Source of the DNA: Bacteroidota bacterium
GTDB taxonomy: Bacteria; Bacteroidota; Bacteroidia; Chitinophagales; Chitinophagaceae
NCBI GenBank assembly: GCA_018266775.1
Contig: JAFDZS010000003.1
Location: forward strand, 1-64,000
Reading direction: 5' to 3'
DNA: 64,000 nucleotides
The stretch's first letter is position 1; the number at the start of each line of letters is the position of its first letter. Positions 37,882 through 48,690 of this stretch are shown here, piece by piece. The position numbers and the translations under genes are program-made. The notes below the pieces were generated by a model that was given only the letters and a program-made list of their open reading frames with translations, searched no databases and was not told the DNA's origin.

Positions 37882-39099
37882 TTAGATGAATATTACTGCA
37901 ATAGTTCCAATGGCAAGGATGATGAGGCCGGTGATCCATCCGCCGGTAACATAATCCGTATAGCCACGGATCAGTTTAAATAAAGGCAGGATAAAAATGC
38001 CGAGCATTCCCCGTACAAAATTCGGCACAGTGGTAGCGGCAGTTGCCCTGAGGTTGGTACCAAACTGTTCTGCACCAATGGTTACAAATATGGCCCAGAA
38101 GCCTGTACCAAAGCCCAAACCTGCACAAATGATATACATTGCAGTGGCTGAACCATTATACAGCGCAGTAAAGAATAAGAGAATGAATACCGCTGTGATG
38201 ACATAAAAAATATACAGGGCTTTTTTTCTGCTTTTCAACCAATGGCTTACAAAACCCACCAGCACATCGCCTACTGAAATTGCGGCATAAGCATACATGA
38301 TGGCCTTGCCCGGATCAATCTTGTCTTTGATCCTGAATTCCTTTGCAAAATCATTGGAGAAGGTGATCAATATGCCAATCACATACCAGGTGGGCAACCC
38401 GATTAAAATGCTTTTAGCATACCGTTTAAACCGGCTCCAGTTAGCAAACAACATGAGGATATTACCCTTCTGCACATTGGTTTGCTTTACCTGGTTATAC
38501 ATACCGGATTCGGCTACACGAATACGCAATATCAACAAAAACAATCCTAATCCACCGCCAATAAAATAACAGGTGCGCCAGTTAAAGTTTTGTTTCATTA
38601 AAAATGCAAATACTGCCCCGGTCAGCCCGATACCTGCCACCAGTGAAGTGGCGATGCCTCTTTTTTCTTTGGGTGTTAATTCTGATACCAGGGTTATACC
38701 TGCACCCAATTCGCCGGCCAACCCAATACCGGCAATAAACCGTACAATAATGTATTGTGGTACATCTTTAACAAATCCATTGGCAATGTTAGCCAGCGAA
38801 TACAGGATGATAGAACCAAAGAGTACACTTAGCCTGCCTTTCTTATCTCCCATCATCCCCCAAATGATTCCGCCGATTAACAACCCAACCATCTGCCAGC
38901 TAAGAATATTTTCGCCGGCTGTCTTTGCCTGTTCCTGTGTTAAATTCAGCGACAGTAAGCTGTCCATCCTGATGATTCCAAACAGCAGCAGATCGTATGT
39001 GTCTACAAAATATCCCAGTGCTGCCACTATTATAGCTATGTTTAATAATGACCGGTTATTATTTTGAAGCTCCATCGCCAGTATTTTTTTTCTTGCCAA
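37882..39099 (-). CDS. MFS transporter
   Basis: 405 aa, 12 predicted TM. MFS loop (GDKKGR). Confidence 0.8.
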   Translation of the reverse strand: MARKKILAMELQNNNRSLLNIAIIVAALGYFVDTYDLLLFGIIRMDSLLSLNLTQEQAKTAGENILSWQMVGLLIGGIIWGMMGDKKGRLSVLFGSIILYSLANIANGFVKDVPQYIIVRFIAGIGLAGELGAGITLVSELTPKEKRGIATSLVAGIGLTGAVFAFLMKQNFNWRTCYFIGGGLGLFLLILRIRVAESGMYNQVKQTNVQKGNILMLFANWSRFKRYAKSILIGLPTWYVIGILITFSNDFAKEFRIKDKIDPGKAIMYAYAAISVGDVLVGFVSHWLKSRKKALYIFYVITAVFILLFFTALYNGSATAMYIICAGLGFGTGFWAIFVTIGAEQFGTNLRATAATTVPNFVRGMLGIFILPLFKLIRGYTDYVTGGWITGLIILAIGTIAVIFI

Positions 39100-40024
39100 A
39101 AAATAATTTGTATAAGATGGGTGCGGTAGTTACTAATACGATTCCTATCACAATTGCTTCAAGATGATTTTTTAAATTAAAGTTGAATTGAGTTAGTATC
39201 CATTGTTGTAAAAAATGCCCGGCTAATATCATACTGCTGACCCAGGCAATGCAACCAACAATATTAAAAAAACCAAATTTTGCCCTGGGCATTCTTACAA
39301 TACCGGCAACGATAGGTGCAAACGTTCTTATAAAAGGTACAAAGCGTGCAAAAATAATTGCCCCGCCACCATTCTTATCATAAAACTCCTGTGCTTCGAA
39401 TAAATATTTTTTCCTAAATAGAAAACGGTCTTTCCAGTGGAACATTGCCGGCCCAATTTTTCTGCCAAATGTATACCCTGTAGTATTTCCAATAATTCCA
39501 GCGAATGAAACTAAAACAATAAGTATTAATAATTCAATCCAGTTATTTTGAAAGTTACCCAAGCCAATTAATTTCAGGAACTCATGCGCCAGGTTCCTGC
39601 TATAAATTCCTGCCACAAAAAGTAAACTGTCTCCCGGCAGGAAAAATCCAACAAACAATCCTGTTTCTGCAAAAATGATAAAAAGCAACAACCACAAACC
39701 ACCGTAAATGATATAGAACATTGGATTAATCAAATCCTTCCAGGTAAAAATCTTATGAATAGTTACCGTATCACCGTCTTTAATGGCAGCAAAATTTAAA
39801 GATAAATCCCTGTAATTTTCAGCGTGTATCAGTACGGTATCTTTATTTGATTCAATTTCTGCAAACCCAGAATCATTTGTTTTGTATTTAACCTCTGTAC
39901 CATTTTCATTTACGGAAAATTCTGTTACATACGCTTCATACTGGTTCACCAGTTTTATTTTCTTTGCCTCTAAAGCCTGAGACAAAGAAATAATGGTAAC
40001 GAGTAACAGTACTATTTTTTTCAT
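39059..40024 (-). CDS. DedA/VTT-family membrane protein with an N-terminal extracytoplasmic extension
   Basis: Signal peptide plus a ~100-aa N-terminal domain, then a DedA core (FVGFFLPGDSLLFVAGIY...GRKIG). Confidence 0.65.
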   Translation of the reverse strand: MKKIVLLLVTIISLSQALEAKKIKLVNQYEAYVTEFSVNENGTEVKYKTNDSGFAEIESNKDTVLIHAENYRDLSLNFAAIKDGDTVTIHKIFTWKDLINPMFYIIYGGLWLLLFIIFAETGLFVGFFLPGDSLLFVAGIYSRNLAHEFLKLIGLGNFQNNWIELLILIVLVSFAGIIGNTTGYTFGRKIGPAMFHWKDRFLFRKKYLFEAQEFYDKNGGGAIIFARFVPFIRTFAPIVAGIVRMPRAKFGFFNIVGCIAWVSSMILAGHFLQQWILTQFNFNLKNHLEAIVIGIVLVTTAPILYKLFFGKKKNTGDGASK

Positions 40025-40060
40025 TGTTTAATGTTGTTGCGTATGTAGAAACTACTTTAT

Positions 40061-41326
40061 TTATGAATGTTCCAATTGCCCTTCCCATTTACTCACAGCA
40101 GCAGTCGCAAGTGCATTACCTAAAACATTGGTCATGGTGCGGCCCATATCGCAGAATACATCTATGGCTAAAATCAATCCCACACCTTCTGCCGGTATAC
40201 CAAACATAGCACCGGTTGCCAACACCACCACCAATGAGGCACGGGGTACACCCGCAATGCCTTTACTGGTAACGAGGAATACGAGCAGCATAATGATTTG
40301 CTGCCCCACATCTCCCGTAATGGAAGTAATGTTGTATGCTTGTGCGATGAACATACTGGCAAAGGTCATGTACATCATACTGCCATCCAGGTTGAAGGAG
40401 TAACCTAATGGCAATACAAACGAAACAATTTTATTATTACATCCAAAGCGCTCCATTTCTTCCACCAGTTTGGGATATACGGCTTCGCTGCTGGCCGTAC
40501 TGAAAGCGATGGACATGGGGCCTGCAATTCTTTTTACCAATTGCCTCAGGCGGTTCTTCAAAAATAAATATCCCACCAATAGCAATACCAGCCATAACAC
40601 GGCAAGGCCGATGTAAAATTCTGAAATATATTTTCCAAAAACGACCAAAACATTCAGGCCATTTTTCGCTATTGCAGATGCCATGGCACCAAACACCCCA
40701 AGTGGTGCAACATACATTACATAAGTTACCATTTTCAGAGTGATGTGTGCCAGTATATCCAATGCGTTTACGATAGGCCATCCTTTCTCCCCCATCGCCG
40801 CCAGCGCCACTCCAAAGAAAACTGAAAACACCACAATCTGCAATATGGCATTCTCTGCCATTGCTTCAATAATACTTTTCGGCACCACATGCTCAACAAA
40901 CTGGGCTAAAGAAAACCCTTTTGATTTATCCAGCAAATCACCCACGGCCGCTTTATCGGCATGGCTGATATCTGTACCAACGCCCGGTTGAAAAATAGAT
41001 ACTAATATCAAACCCAATGTAAGCGAGATCAATGAAGCACTGATAAACCACAGCATGGCCTTCCCCCCCACGCGGCCTACTGTTTTTATATCGCCCAGGC
41101 GTGCAATACCAACCGCCAATGTGGTAAAAACAATTGGTGCAATAATCATTTGCACCAGCCTTAAGAAAATGGTGGTGAGTAATTTGATATTATCAGAAAA
41201 TGTTTTGATGGTGTCCGGCGCATAAGAGCGGTTTACATAATAGCCGGCTCCAATACCTAATATCATCGCTACAACAATGTAAAGGGTAAGATTACTCTTT
41301 TTTGCCGGCTGCTGTGCAATCTCCAT
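40061..41326 (-). CDS. Dicarboxylate/amino-acid:cation symporter (DAACS family, DctA/GltP-like)
   Basis: 421 aa. Conserved DAACS segments (SFNLDGSMMYM, IDVFCDMGRTMTNVLGNA). Confidence 0.85.
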   Translation of the reverse strand: MEIAQQPAKKSNLTLYIVVAMILGIGAGYYVNRSYAPDTIKTFSDNIKLLTTIFLRLVQMIIAPIVFTTLAVGIARLGDIKTVGRVGGKAMLWFISASLISLTLGLILVSIFQPGVGTDISHADKAAVGDLLDKSKGFSLAQFVEHVVPKSIIEAMAENAILQIVVFSVFFGVALAAMGEKGWPIVNALDILAHITLKMVTYVMYVAPLGVFGAMASAIAKNGLNVLVVFGKYISEFYIGLAVLWLVLLLVGYLFLKNRLRQLVKRIAGPMSIAFSTASSEAVYPKLVEEMERFGCNNKIVSFVLPLGYSFNLDGSMMYMTFASMFIAQAYNITSITGDVGQQIIMLLVFLVTSKGIAGVPRASLVVVLATGAMFGIPAEGVGLILAIDVFCDMGRTMTNVLGNALATAAVSKWEGQLEHS

Positions 41327-41464
41327 GACGTAACATTTTGAACCGCAATATAATATTAAATGCTGTGAAAGCTCCCGGCCTTACAAAAAAGTGCAGCCGG
41401 TTGTTTTTTTATGAATTTATTGCTTATTTTTCCAAATCATTCTTAACTAAAACGAACCAACTGT

Positions 41465-42967
41465 ATGAGTTTATTTGTAAAAAAACCACTGAGCCAGATG
41501 CTTGCACAGGCAGAAGGCGGAGAACATGGACTGAAACGAACCTTAGGTGCCGTAAACCTGATTGCACTCGGAATAGGAGCAATTATCGGTGCCGGTTTGT
41601 TTGTTAGAACCGCTGCCGCTGCCGGACAAGCCGCTGGCCCTGGTGTTACCCTTTCATTCATTGTTGCTGCAATAGGTTGTGCTTTTGCGGGTTTGTGTTA
41701 TGCAGAATTTGCCGCCATGATTCCTATTGCCGGTAGTGCATATGCCTACAGTTATACAACAATGGGTGAAATTGTAGCGTGGATTATTGGTTGGGCATTG
41801 ATCATGGAATATGCTTTGGGCGCCGCAACTGTTTCTATTGCCTGGAGTGAATACCTGAATAAACTCTTTGATAACCGGATTCCGTATGAATGGACACATT
41901 CGCCATTTGAAAGTTTTACAGATTCTGCAGGTGTACTGCATTCCGGTATTATGAATGTTCCTGCTCTGTTTATTTTATTACTGCTTACGCTTTTACTGAT
42001 CAAAGGCACGCAGGAATCTGCCATGGTAAATATGATCATCGTATTTATTAAAGTGGCCATTGTCTTAATTTTTATTTTTGTAGGATGGAAATTTATTAAC
42101 CCTGCCAATCATACTCCATACCTGATACCGGAAAACACACCTCCGGTTTTAGACAAAGCGGGTAAAGTCATAGCAGATTATTCGGGATGGAATAAACATG
42201 GCTTAGGTGGTGTATTGGGTGGTGCAGCAATTGTATTCTTTGCATTTATTGGATTTGATGCGGTTAGTACCGCAGCGCAGGAAGCCAAAAATCCGAAAAG
42301 GGATATGCCGATCGGTATTTTAGGTTCTCTGGTAGTTTGTACAATTTTGTACATCCTGTTTGGGCATGTATTAACCGGTGTTGCCAACTGGAAAGATTTT
42401 GTTGATCCTGAAAAAGGCCGTGAAGCTTCTGTTGCTTACGCCATCTCCACTTATATGACAGGCTATGGCTGGTTGTCCACTGCGGTTACAGTAGCCATCC
42501 TTGCTGGTTTCTCTTCTGTAATATTAGTAATGCTGATGGGGCAAAGCCGCATTTTCTATACTATGAGCAACGATGGATTAATACCCAAAGTATTTGGAGA
42601 TTTGCATCCCAAATTTAAAACCCCGCATAAATCCAACTGGATATTGTTTGTTTTTGTAGGTTTATTTGCTGCATTTGTACCAGGGCATGTTGCAGGTGAC
42701 CTTACTTCATTTGGCACATTGTTCGCTTTTGTACTGGTAAGTGCGGGGGTGTGGATATTGCGGGTTAAAGAGCCGAATATTGTACGACCTTTTAAAGCGC
42801 CCATATACCCTGTTGTCTCTTCATTAGGGGTTATTATTTGTGCAGCAATGATTGTTGGTCTTGATAAACAAACCCTGGAAGTAGCATTCGGATGGATGAT
42901 CCTTGGCTTATTGATCTACTTTGGTTACAGCCGCAGGCACAGTAAACTGCAAAAACAGAATCAATAA
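41465..42967 (+). CDS. APC-family amino acid permease
   Basis: 500 aa, 12-13 TM. N-terminal KRTLGAVNLIALGIGAIIGAGLFV signature. Confidence 0.85.
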   Translation: MSLFVKKPLSQMLAQAEGGEHGLKRTLGAVNLIALGIGAIIGAGLFVRTAAAAGQAAGPGVTLSFIVAAIGCAFAGLCYAEFAAMIPIAGSAYAYSYTTMGEIVAWIIGWALIMEYALGAATVSIAWSEYLNKLFDNRIPYEWTHSPFESFTDSAGVLHSGIMNVPALFILLLLTLLLIKGTQESAMVNMIIVFIKVAIVLIFIFVGWKFINPANHTPYLIPENTPPVLDKAGKVIADYSGWNKHGLGGVLGGAAIVFFAFIGFDAVSTAAQEAKNPKRDMPIGILGSLVVCTILYILFGHVLTGVANWKDFVDPEKGREASVAYAISTYMTGYGWLSTAVTVAILAGFSSVILVMLMGQSRIFYTMSNDGLIPKVFGDLHPKFKTPHKSNWILFVFVGLFAAFVPGHVAGDLTSFGTLFAFVLVSAGVWILRVKEPNIVRPFKAPIYPVVSSLGVIICAAMIVGLDKQTLEVAFGWMILGLLIYFGYSRRHSKLQKQNQ

Positions 42968-42990
42968 TTTCTTTTATTTTATTAGATATA

Positions 42991-43020
42991 AATCCCCGTT
43001 TACCACGGGGATTTTTTATT
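42991..43020 (+). terminator. Rho-independent terminator of the amino acid permease gene
   Basis: AATCCCCGT-ttacc-ACGGGGATT followed by TTTTTATT. Confidence 0.6.
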
Positions 43021-43033
43021 GGGGTATATTTCA

Positions 43034-43090
43034 AAAAAATTGTTCCATCATCTCCGATGATGGAACAATGAACACGCCACAGGCGTGTTC
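43034..43090 (-). terminator. Terminator region of the GH92 gene (two hairpins, second with a U-tract)
   Basis: GAACACGCC-acag-GCGTGTTC immediately after the stop. Then TGTTCCATCATC-tccg-GATGATGGAACA followed by TTTTTTT on the minus strand. Confidence 0.5.
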
Positions 43091-46030
43091 CTACAATGTT
43101 ATTTCATCAATAAAAAGATGGGTATCTCCTCCGGCGCCTTCATGCCATGAGGGTAACTTTCCATATTGCACGGCTTTTACTTTAATATACCGTGCAGTTA
43201 CCGGAGTAAAAGTTGCAGTGATTCTTTTTACCTGTACATTCAAATCTTCTATGGGCAGAAAATTATTGCCGCTGTACACTTTGTTGAATGTTTTTCCATC
43301 GGTGGATACTTCCACAATTAATTGTTTGGGTGCAACGATCCACGCACGGGTATCCTGCAAAAAACCTGCCGTTACATGCGACACTGTTTGTGTGTTATGA
43401 AAATCTATCACCGCTTCAAAATCTGTTTTTTGAAAACCCATCCAGTTGCCTTTACGCCAGTTCGCACTGCCTTCTATACCATCAATCAAACCATCTGGCC
43501 CGCCAGCATCGTACTGCGGTTCGTTGGGTGAAAGCAGTTGCACGCTCCAGTCATTACTGATCTTTACATATTTTGCAGTGGTCACCAAACTGCGTTCTCC
43601 ATTGGCGTTAATGGCAATCGCTTTAACAGTAACGGAACTGTCAGTTGTAAATGGAGCTAGATATTTTCCCGAAGCATTATCCGGTACCGTTCCATCCAAA
43701 GTATAATACAGCGTAACACCGGGCTGGTTACTGTACAGCTGAATGGTTTTGGTATTTTTAAATGAAACTGCTCCGCCGTCTATTATTGGGTTTAATACAA
43801 TCAAATGATCATTAATACTTGTGGATGGACAATCTTTTGCATTGCTTCCAAAAGCTGAAGGCGTATTGCCCATTTCAAACTGCAGCGTACCGCCTTTGAG
43901 GATATCAAAATAAGATAAATAAGATTTCGTATAGCCTGTTCCGTTTAATGTTGCGGATTGAATGTAAAAATTTTGATCACTCGCCTGATTGGCTTTTATG
44001 GTAAACGATTTGCCATTTTCCAAATGAATCGCAGCTGATGGGAATAAAGGTGTACCAATGATATAATTGGGTGTACCGGGTGTTACGGGGTAAAATCCCA
44101 AAGCACTTAATACATACCAGGCACTCATCTGGCCACAATCTTCATTACCAGCCAATCCATCCGGCGCATCGTGATACATTTCATTTAATACCTGGTGAAT
44201 TTTTTCCTGTGTTTTATACGCCTGCCCGGTAAAGTTGTATAAATACACAATATGATGGCTCGGTTCATTGCCATGTGCATACTGCCCAATCAGCCCCGTG
44301 ATGTCAGCCTGCTCCCTCCCCGTAGTTTGCTGTGGTTCAATGAACAGGGCATCTAATTTTTGTGCCAGTTTTTCTTTGCCGCCAATCATGTTCATATAAC
44401 CGGTTACATCCTGTGGCATGTAAAAAGAATATTGCCAGCTGTTGGCTTCAGTAAAGCTGTTGTTTACTTCCCGGGCATCGAATGGGGATACCCAATTCCC
44501 GTTTTTACGCGGCCGCATGAAACCCGTTTTCAGGTCCAGCATATTTTTGTATGCCTGTGCCCTCCTGATAAAATTATCATACACCACATCATTTCCCAAT
44601 TGTTTGGCAAAAGCTGCAATGCACCAGTCATCATACGCATATTCCAATGTTTTGCTAACGCTTTCATGTTCATCATCCTGTTCTAAAAAACCATGATCCA
44701 TTAATGGCGGCAGGCCAAGATGATTCCATGTGGCGCTTTTGATCATAGCCTGCAATGCCAGCTGTGTATCGAATTTTTTTAATCCTTTCACAAATGCATC
44801 CACGATTACGGATACACTATGATAACCGATCATGCAGTCTGTTTCGCAACCGCTCAACTCCCACACCGGCAGGCGGCCACCTTCTTTGTATTGGGTTAGA
44901 AAAGTGTTGACATAATCGATGGTGCGCTGCCTGTCAATGATGGTGTACAGGGGATGAGCGCCGCGGTGTGTATCCCATAAGCTGAATACTGAATAATTGG
45001 TAAAGTTGGTTGCAGTATGAATTTTATTGTCGCGGCCACGATATTGCCTGTCCACATCCATATTGATGTTGGGCACCACCATAGTATGGTACAATGCCGT
45101 ATAAAAAGCTTTTAACTGGTGGATATTATTGGAACTAACTTCAATTTTTCCCAGCTCTTTATTCCATGTTATTGCTGCATTTTTTTTAACTGCTTCAAAA
45201 TTCCATCCGGGCAATTCTGCTTTCATATTTTTTTCTGCACCCTCAATGTTTACTGCAGATATGGCCACTTTAGCCATCACCACTTTACTGTTGAAAGTAA
45301 AAAAGGCTTTGATATTTTTAGCACTATCAAGAACATTGGTTGATTCGGGCATTAACTGGTCGTTATTCCAGGTACCATGTTGTACAAACGGTACTGAAAA
45401 ACTGATCTCGAAATATACATATTGATCATCTGCCCATGCCTGGCTGCGCCTTAACCCTGCAATGGTATGATCGTTGATAATCTTCAAAGAAGAAGAGAGA
45501 ACAATGTCACGGTGTTTAAGATCAAGAATAACACTATTTTTTTTGTTACCGGGAAATGTATACCGGTGCATACCCACCCGTGTTGTTGCCGTTAATTCTG
45601 TTAAGATATGATCATCATTGAGCATTACTGAATAATATCCCGGGGTGGCTTTTTCATTTTCATGGGAAAAGGCAGAACCATACACTGCATTATCCGGCGA
45701 TGGTGCACCGGTCATGGGCATTAATAGAATATCGCCATAATCACTGCAACCTGTGCCGCTGAGATGGGTGTGTGTGAACCCATAAATATAACTGTCTGAA
45801 TAGTGGTAACCACCACAACCGTCCCAGCCGTCCAGCCTTGTATCCGGACTCAACTGCACCATACCGTGCGGCAGCACAGCACCGGGATAAGTATGGCCAT
45901 GACCACCGGTACCAATAAAAGGGTCTACATATTGCGTATAATTTTTTTGTGCAGAAAGTGAATGAACACAGGTAAACAGTGCAAAGAATAAAGGCAAGGT
46001 TCGCTGAAACATTTGAAAAGTTTTATGCAA
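43091..46030 (-). CDS. GH92-family alpha-mannosidase with C-terminal carbohydrate-binding/discoidin-like domains
   Basis: N-terminal YVDPFIGTGGHGHTYPGAVLPHGMVQLSPDT (GH92 hallmark). Signal peptide. 979 aa with a C-terminal beta-sandwich extension (F5/8-type-C-like). Confidence 0.85.
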   Translation of the reverse strand: MHKTFQMFQRTLPLFFALFTCVHSLSAQKNYTQYVDPFIGTGGHGHTYPGAVLPHGMVQLSPDTRLDGWDGCGGYHYSDSYIYGFTHTHLSGTGCSDYGDILLMPMTGAPSPDNAVYGSAFSHENEKATPGYYSVMLNDDHILTELTATTRVGMHRYTFPGNKKNSVILDLKHRDIVLSSSLKIINDHTIAGLRRSQAWADDQYVYFEISFSVPFVQHGTWNNDQLMPESTNVLDSAKNIKAFFTFNSKVVMAKVAISAVNIEGAEKNMKAELPGWNFEAVKKNAAITWNKELGKIEVSSNNIHQLKAFYTALYHTMVVPNINMDVDRQYRGRDNKIHTATNFTNYSVFSLWDTHRGAHPLYTIIDRQRTIDYVNTFLTQYKEGGRLPVWELSGCETDCMIGYHSVSVIVDAFVKGLKKFDTQLALQAMIKSATWNHLGLPPLMDHGFLEQDDEHESVSKTLEYAYDDWCIAAFAKQLGNDVVYDNFIRRAQAYKNMLDLKTGFMRPRKNGNWVSPFDAREVNNSFTEANSWQYSFYMPQDVTGYMNMIGGKEKLAQKLDALFIEPQQTTGREQADITGLIGQYAHGNEPSHHIVYLYNFTGQAYKTQEKIHQVLNEMYHDAPDGLAGNEDCGQMSAWYVLSALGFYPVTPGTPNYIIGTPLFPSAAIHLENGKSFTIKANQASDQNFYIQSATLNGTGYTKSYLSYFDILKGGTLQFEMGNTPSAFGSNAKDCPSTSINDHLIVLNPIIDGGAVSFKNTKTIQLYSNQPGVTLYYTLDGTVPDNASGKYLAPFTTDSSVTVKAIAINANGERSLVTTAKYVKISNDWSVQLLSPNEPQYDAGGPDGLIDGIEGSANWRKGNWMGFQKTDFEAVIDFHNTQTVSHVTAGFLQDTRAWIVAPKQLIVEVSTDGKTFNKVYSGNNFLPIEDLNVQVKRITATFTPVTARYIKVKAVQYGKLPSWHEGAGGDTHLFIDEITL

Positions 46031-46091
46031 AGTAAAAATAAACGGCGCAATAAATTGCGCCGTTTATTTTACCCGGAGTATATAATTATAT

Positions 46092-46526
46092 TTAAAATGG
46101 AAGATCATCTGCTGCTGCAGGTTCAGGCGCCGGGTTGGTTCTTTGAACAGGTGCAGCAGTATTGGAAACATGGCTTACATTTCCAGCAGTGGCGCCCTGG
46201 CTATCACCACTGTTACCGCCCAATAATTGCAAACTTTGCACCCGCATTCTTAATGTTGCTGCGGCCTGTCCTTCTTTATTGGTATATGCATCTGCTTCCG
46301 GTGCTCCTTCAGCATAAACTGTTTTTCCCTTAGTAAGGTATTGTGCCACTGCTGTACGGTCTGTCCAGTACGCACATTCCACCCAAGTTGTCCTTTCCTT
46401 CTGGTTGCCCTGCTGATCCTTAAAACGTTCGGTATGCGCCACACTGAAATTGATCACATTTTTTCCATTGATTTCCTTAACGATACAATCTTTTCCAAGA
46501 TTGCCGATAACCTGTAACTTAATCAT
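46092..46526 (-). CDS. ssb: Single-stranded DNA-binding protein
   Basis: OB-fold (MIKLQVIGNLGKDCIVKEINGKNVINFSVAHTERF...TTWVECAYW), a Gly/Ser/Gln-rich linker, and an acidic C-terminal tip DDLPF. Start set at the internal Met (46526), not the ORF start at 46595. Confidence 0.85.
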   Translation of the reverse strand: MIKLQVIGNLGKDCIVKEINGKNVINFSVAHTERFKDQQGNQKERTTWVECAYWTDRTAVAQYLTKGKTVYAEGAPEADAYTNKEGQAAATLRMRVQSLQLLGGNSGDSQGATAGNVSHVSNTAAPVQRTNPAPEPAAADDLPF

Positions 46527-46703
46527 AATGTTGTTGTTTAAATTGTTAGTCGATGTATCTGGTTGATATGAAATAAAAGTAGGTATTATTCTCAAACACC
46601 TCCAGGTTATTTACAAACATATTCGCCGTAAAAATGGGTATATGTTTTCTGTTTTTCATGGCAATCTTTATTCAGCATGAGCGTGGCTATTATTCCGTCA
46701 TGC

Positions 46704-47174
46704 TTAGTCCCATATTTTTGGTCTTGTTGTTTGCACTGTTCTCAAATAATCCAGCAATTGCCCGGTATGCACAGCTTCATGATAAGCAATACGCAACAAA
46801 TAATCTCCCAGTTTGCGGTGTTGTCCTAAATGCTTCCGGGTAATGTACATTTCATCCAGTTCCTTGGCAGAAAACCCATGCACCATTTTTAAGAACTTCT
46901 CCCGGTAAGGCTGGGCATTTTTTAATTCATCTTCAACAGATGTATAAGGATTGCTTTTTAAAGGGCTTTCAAAATCGCCCAAATCGCCCTTGTGCAAAAC
47001 AATATGATGATAAATATTTTCCCCTTCCAGCACATGCCTGATCATTTCAATGCAACTCATGGCACCGGGATCAGGTTTCCAAAAAAGATATTCTTCGCCT
47101 ATACTTTTCCATACCTTGATGCTCCTTCTGCGCACTTCTTCAAAGTTGATCAATAATAATTCTTTGCTGTTCAT
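46704..47174 (-). CDS. DinB/YfiT-like (DinB_2) metal-dependent four-helix-bundle protein
   Basis: 156 aa. Conserved His triad pattern (IRHVLEGE..., HEAVHTGQLLDYLR) typical of the DinB_2 family. This is not the DinB polymerase. Confidence 0.65.
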   Translation of the reverse strand: MNSKELLLINFEEVRRRSIKVWKSIGEEYLFWKPDPGAMSCIEMIRHVLEGENIYHHIVLHKGDLGDFESPLKSNPYTSVEDELKNAQPYREKFLKMVHGFSAKELDEMYITRKHLGQHRKLGDYLLRIAYHEAVHTGQLLDYLRTVQTTRPKIWD

Positions 47175-47213
47175 ACCGGTTTCATGTGGTTTAGTACCAG
47201 TGTAATCAAATGC

Positions 47214-47567
47214 TTAATAAAAAAATTGTTCGGAAACGATCTTCCCGTCACGCACTTCATATACGGCCACTTCATCCATCTGCATTCTTGGCTGGCCCTT
47301 CAAGGTAACATCCATCCCCATAACGCAGGTAAAAAAATGGCCTGCCACCAACGGTTTTGAACAATAGCCACCATGCATCGTTTCAATCATTGCGCCAAAT
47401 TGCTGTCCTTTCTCTGCCAGCCCATCCAGGCCAACTGCATTTTGAAACATACTGCCTTCCGGCTCAATACTTTTTACTTCATTGCTGTATAATTCTGAAT
47501 GAATATGCTGGTATCCATCCATCTGAGACAGTTCATAAAACCTGTCTGCTACCTGTTGTGTTGTCAT
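47214..47567 (-). CDS. NTF2-like/SnoaL-like small protein
   Basis: 117 aa, alpha+beta cone-fold pattern (VADRFYEL...EVAVYEVRDGKIVSEQFFY). Confidence 0.5.
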   Translation of the reverse strand: MTTQQVADRFYELSQMDGYQHIHSELYSNEVKSIEPEGSMFQNAVGLDGLAEKGQQFGAMIETMHGGYCSKPLVAGHFFTCVMGMDVTLKGQPRMQMDEVAVYEVRDGKIVSEQFFY

Positions 47568-47891
47568 GCGTTTATTTTTTAAGATTAAAGATTGTATTTT
47601 CTTTTCTACTGCTTCGTCAAGGCAACGGATGAGAAGCCATTAACAGATTTATGCAATCTTCTGCTTCTCTCCTTCCAGCATCCGTACAGTCAGCTACTAT
47701 ATCCTGCTTGTCTACTTCAATATCATCCAGCAATGATTGATCAGGCAATGAAAATCATCGCAGATCTATTTCACTTAATTAATCAGGATAGGTTTGTGAA
47801 GGCTACACAACTGCACAGGACTGGTGCTAACTACCAGTACCTGTAACAGCCGGTAATATTATTTTCAAAGGGATTAATGCTATACTTTACC

Positions 47892-48644
47892 TTAATTCAT
47901 TTTTTTCTTGAGTGTGCTTACCTGGTCCTGCAGGTTATTGACCAGGTTGGCCAGCGTGTTTACATCCCACCGCTGTTGTACTGTAACTTTACTAATGGCA
48001 GTTTGTGCCAGCCATAATTCCACCACATCATCTGCGTTTACCTGGTAAGGTTGGTATTGTGGATTATCGCTTACCAGTGTAAATTTATTTTTGAGTTTAT
48101 TGTTTTTTACCACACGTTTATACACAATTCCTTCGTTACGGCTTACCACAATATAGGCCATGTTGTTTTTTATATCATCCATTGAATCTACCTTTTCTCC
48201 CACAATGATACTGCCACTGGGTGTGGGCAACATACTGTCTCCTATAATTTCAAATGCCCTGTAATTGCCGCCGGATAGCATGGGCAGTGTAAATGTATTC
48301 AGTTCATCAATAAATTCCGCATCTGCATAACCGGCCAGGTAACCGGCCGCTGCTTTCACCGGCACAAAATGTATCACATTCCTTTCAGCAGTCATCATTT
48401 TCTGCTGCCTGCGTTTAGCAAGATAATTACCACCGGTATCGCTAATGTCTTTCAACAACAATTCATCCAGGCTGAGCTTGAACATTTCGCCTACAATTTC
48501 GAGTATATCCAATCTTGGATCTGCCCTTTCTTCTTCATAAGCACCAACAAGGGATCGCTTTATTCCTAACTTATTGGCAAATTCCTCCTGTGTCCATCCA
48601 CGGAGTTTACGCAGGTATTTTAAATTTTGTCCGGCTTGTGACAT
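47892..48644 (-). CDS. LexA-like repressor: XRE-type HTH fused to an S24 peptidase domain
   Basis: N-terminal HTH (LKYLRKLRGWTQEEFANKLGIKRSLVGAYEE) and a C-terminal S24 domain with catalytic Ser (EIIGDSMLPT) and Lys (VYKRVV). Confidence 0.8.
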   Translation of the reverse strand: MSQAGQNLKYLRKLRGWTQEEFANKLGIKRSLVGAYEEERADPRLDILEIVGEMFKLSLDELLLKDISDTGGNYLAKRRQQKMMTAERNVIHFVPVKAAAGYLAGYADAEFIDELNTFTLPMLSGGNYRAFEIIGDSMLPTPSGSIIVGEKVDSMDDIKNNMAYIVVSRNEGIVYKRVVKNNKLKNKFTLVSDNPQYQPYQVNADDVVELWLAQTAISKVTVQQRWDVNTLANLVNNLQDQVSTLKKKMN

Positions 48645-48660
48645 AGCTAAACTAATTTGA

Positions 48661-48690
48661 TTAGTACAAATATACTAACATTTTTAGTAC
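48661..48690 (-). promoter_or_regulatory. Candidate operator: TTAGTAC / TACTAA inverted repeat plus a second TTAGTAC direct repeat just upstream of the lexA-like start
   Basis: TTAGTAcaaataTACTAA (48661-48678) has 6-bp palindromic arms. TTAGTAC recurs at 48684-48690. It lies 17-46 bp upstream of the ATG on the coding strand. Confidence 0.3.

Noticed and set aside
46527-46595. Longer SSB start (MRIIPTFISYQPDTSTNNLNNNI...)
   Set aside because: The conserved SSB N-terminus begins at MIKLQVIGNLGKD. The 23-aa extension is not conserved in SSBs.
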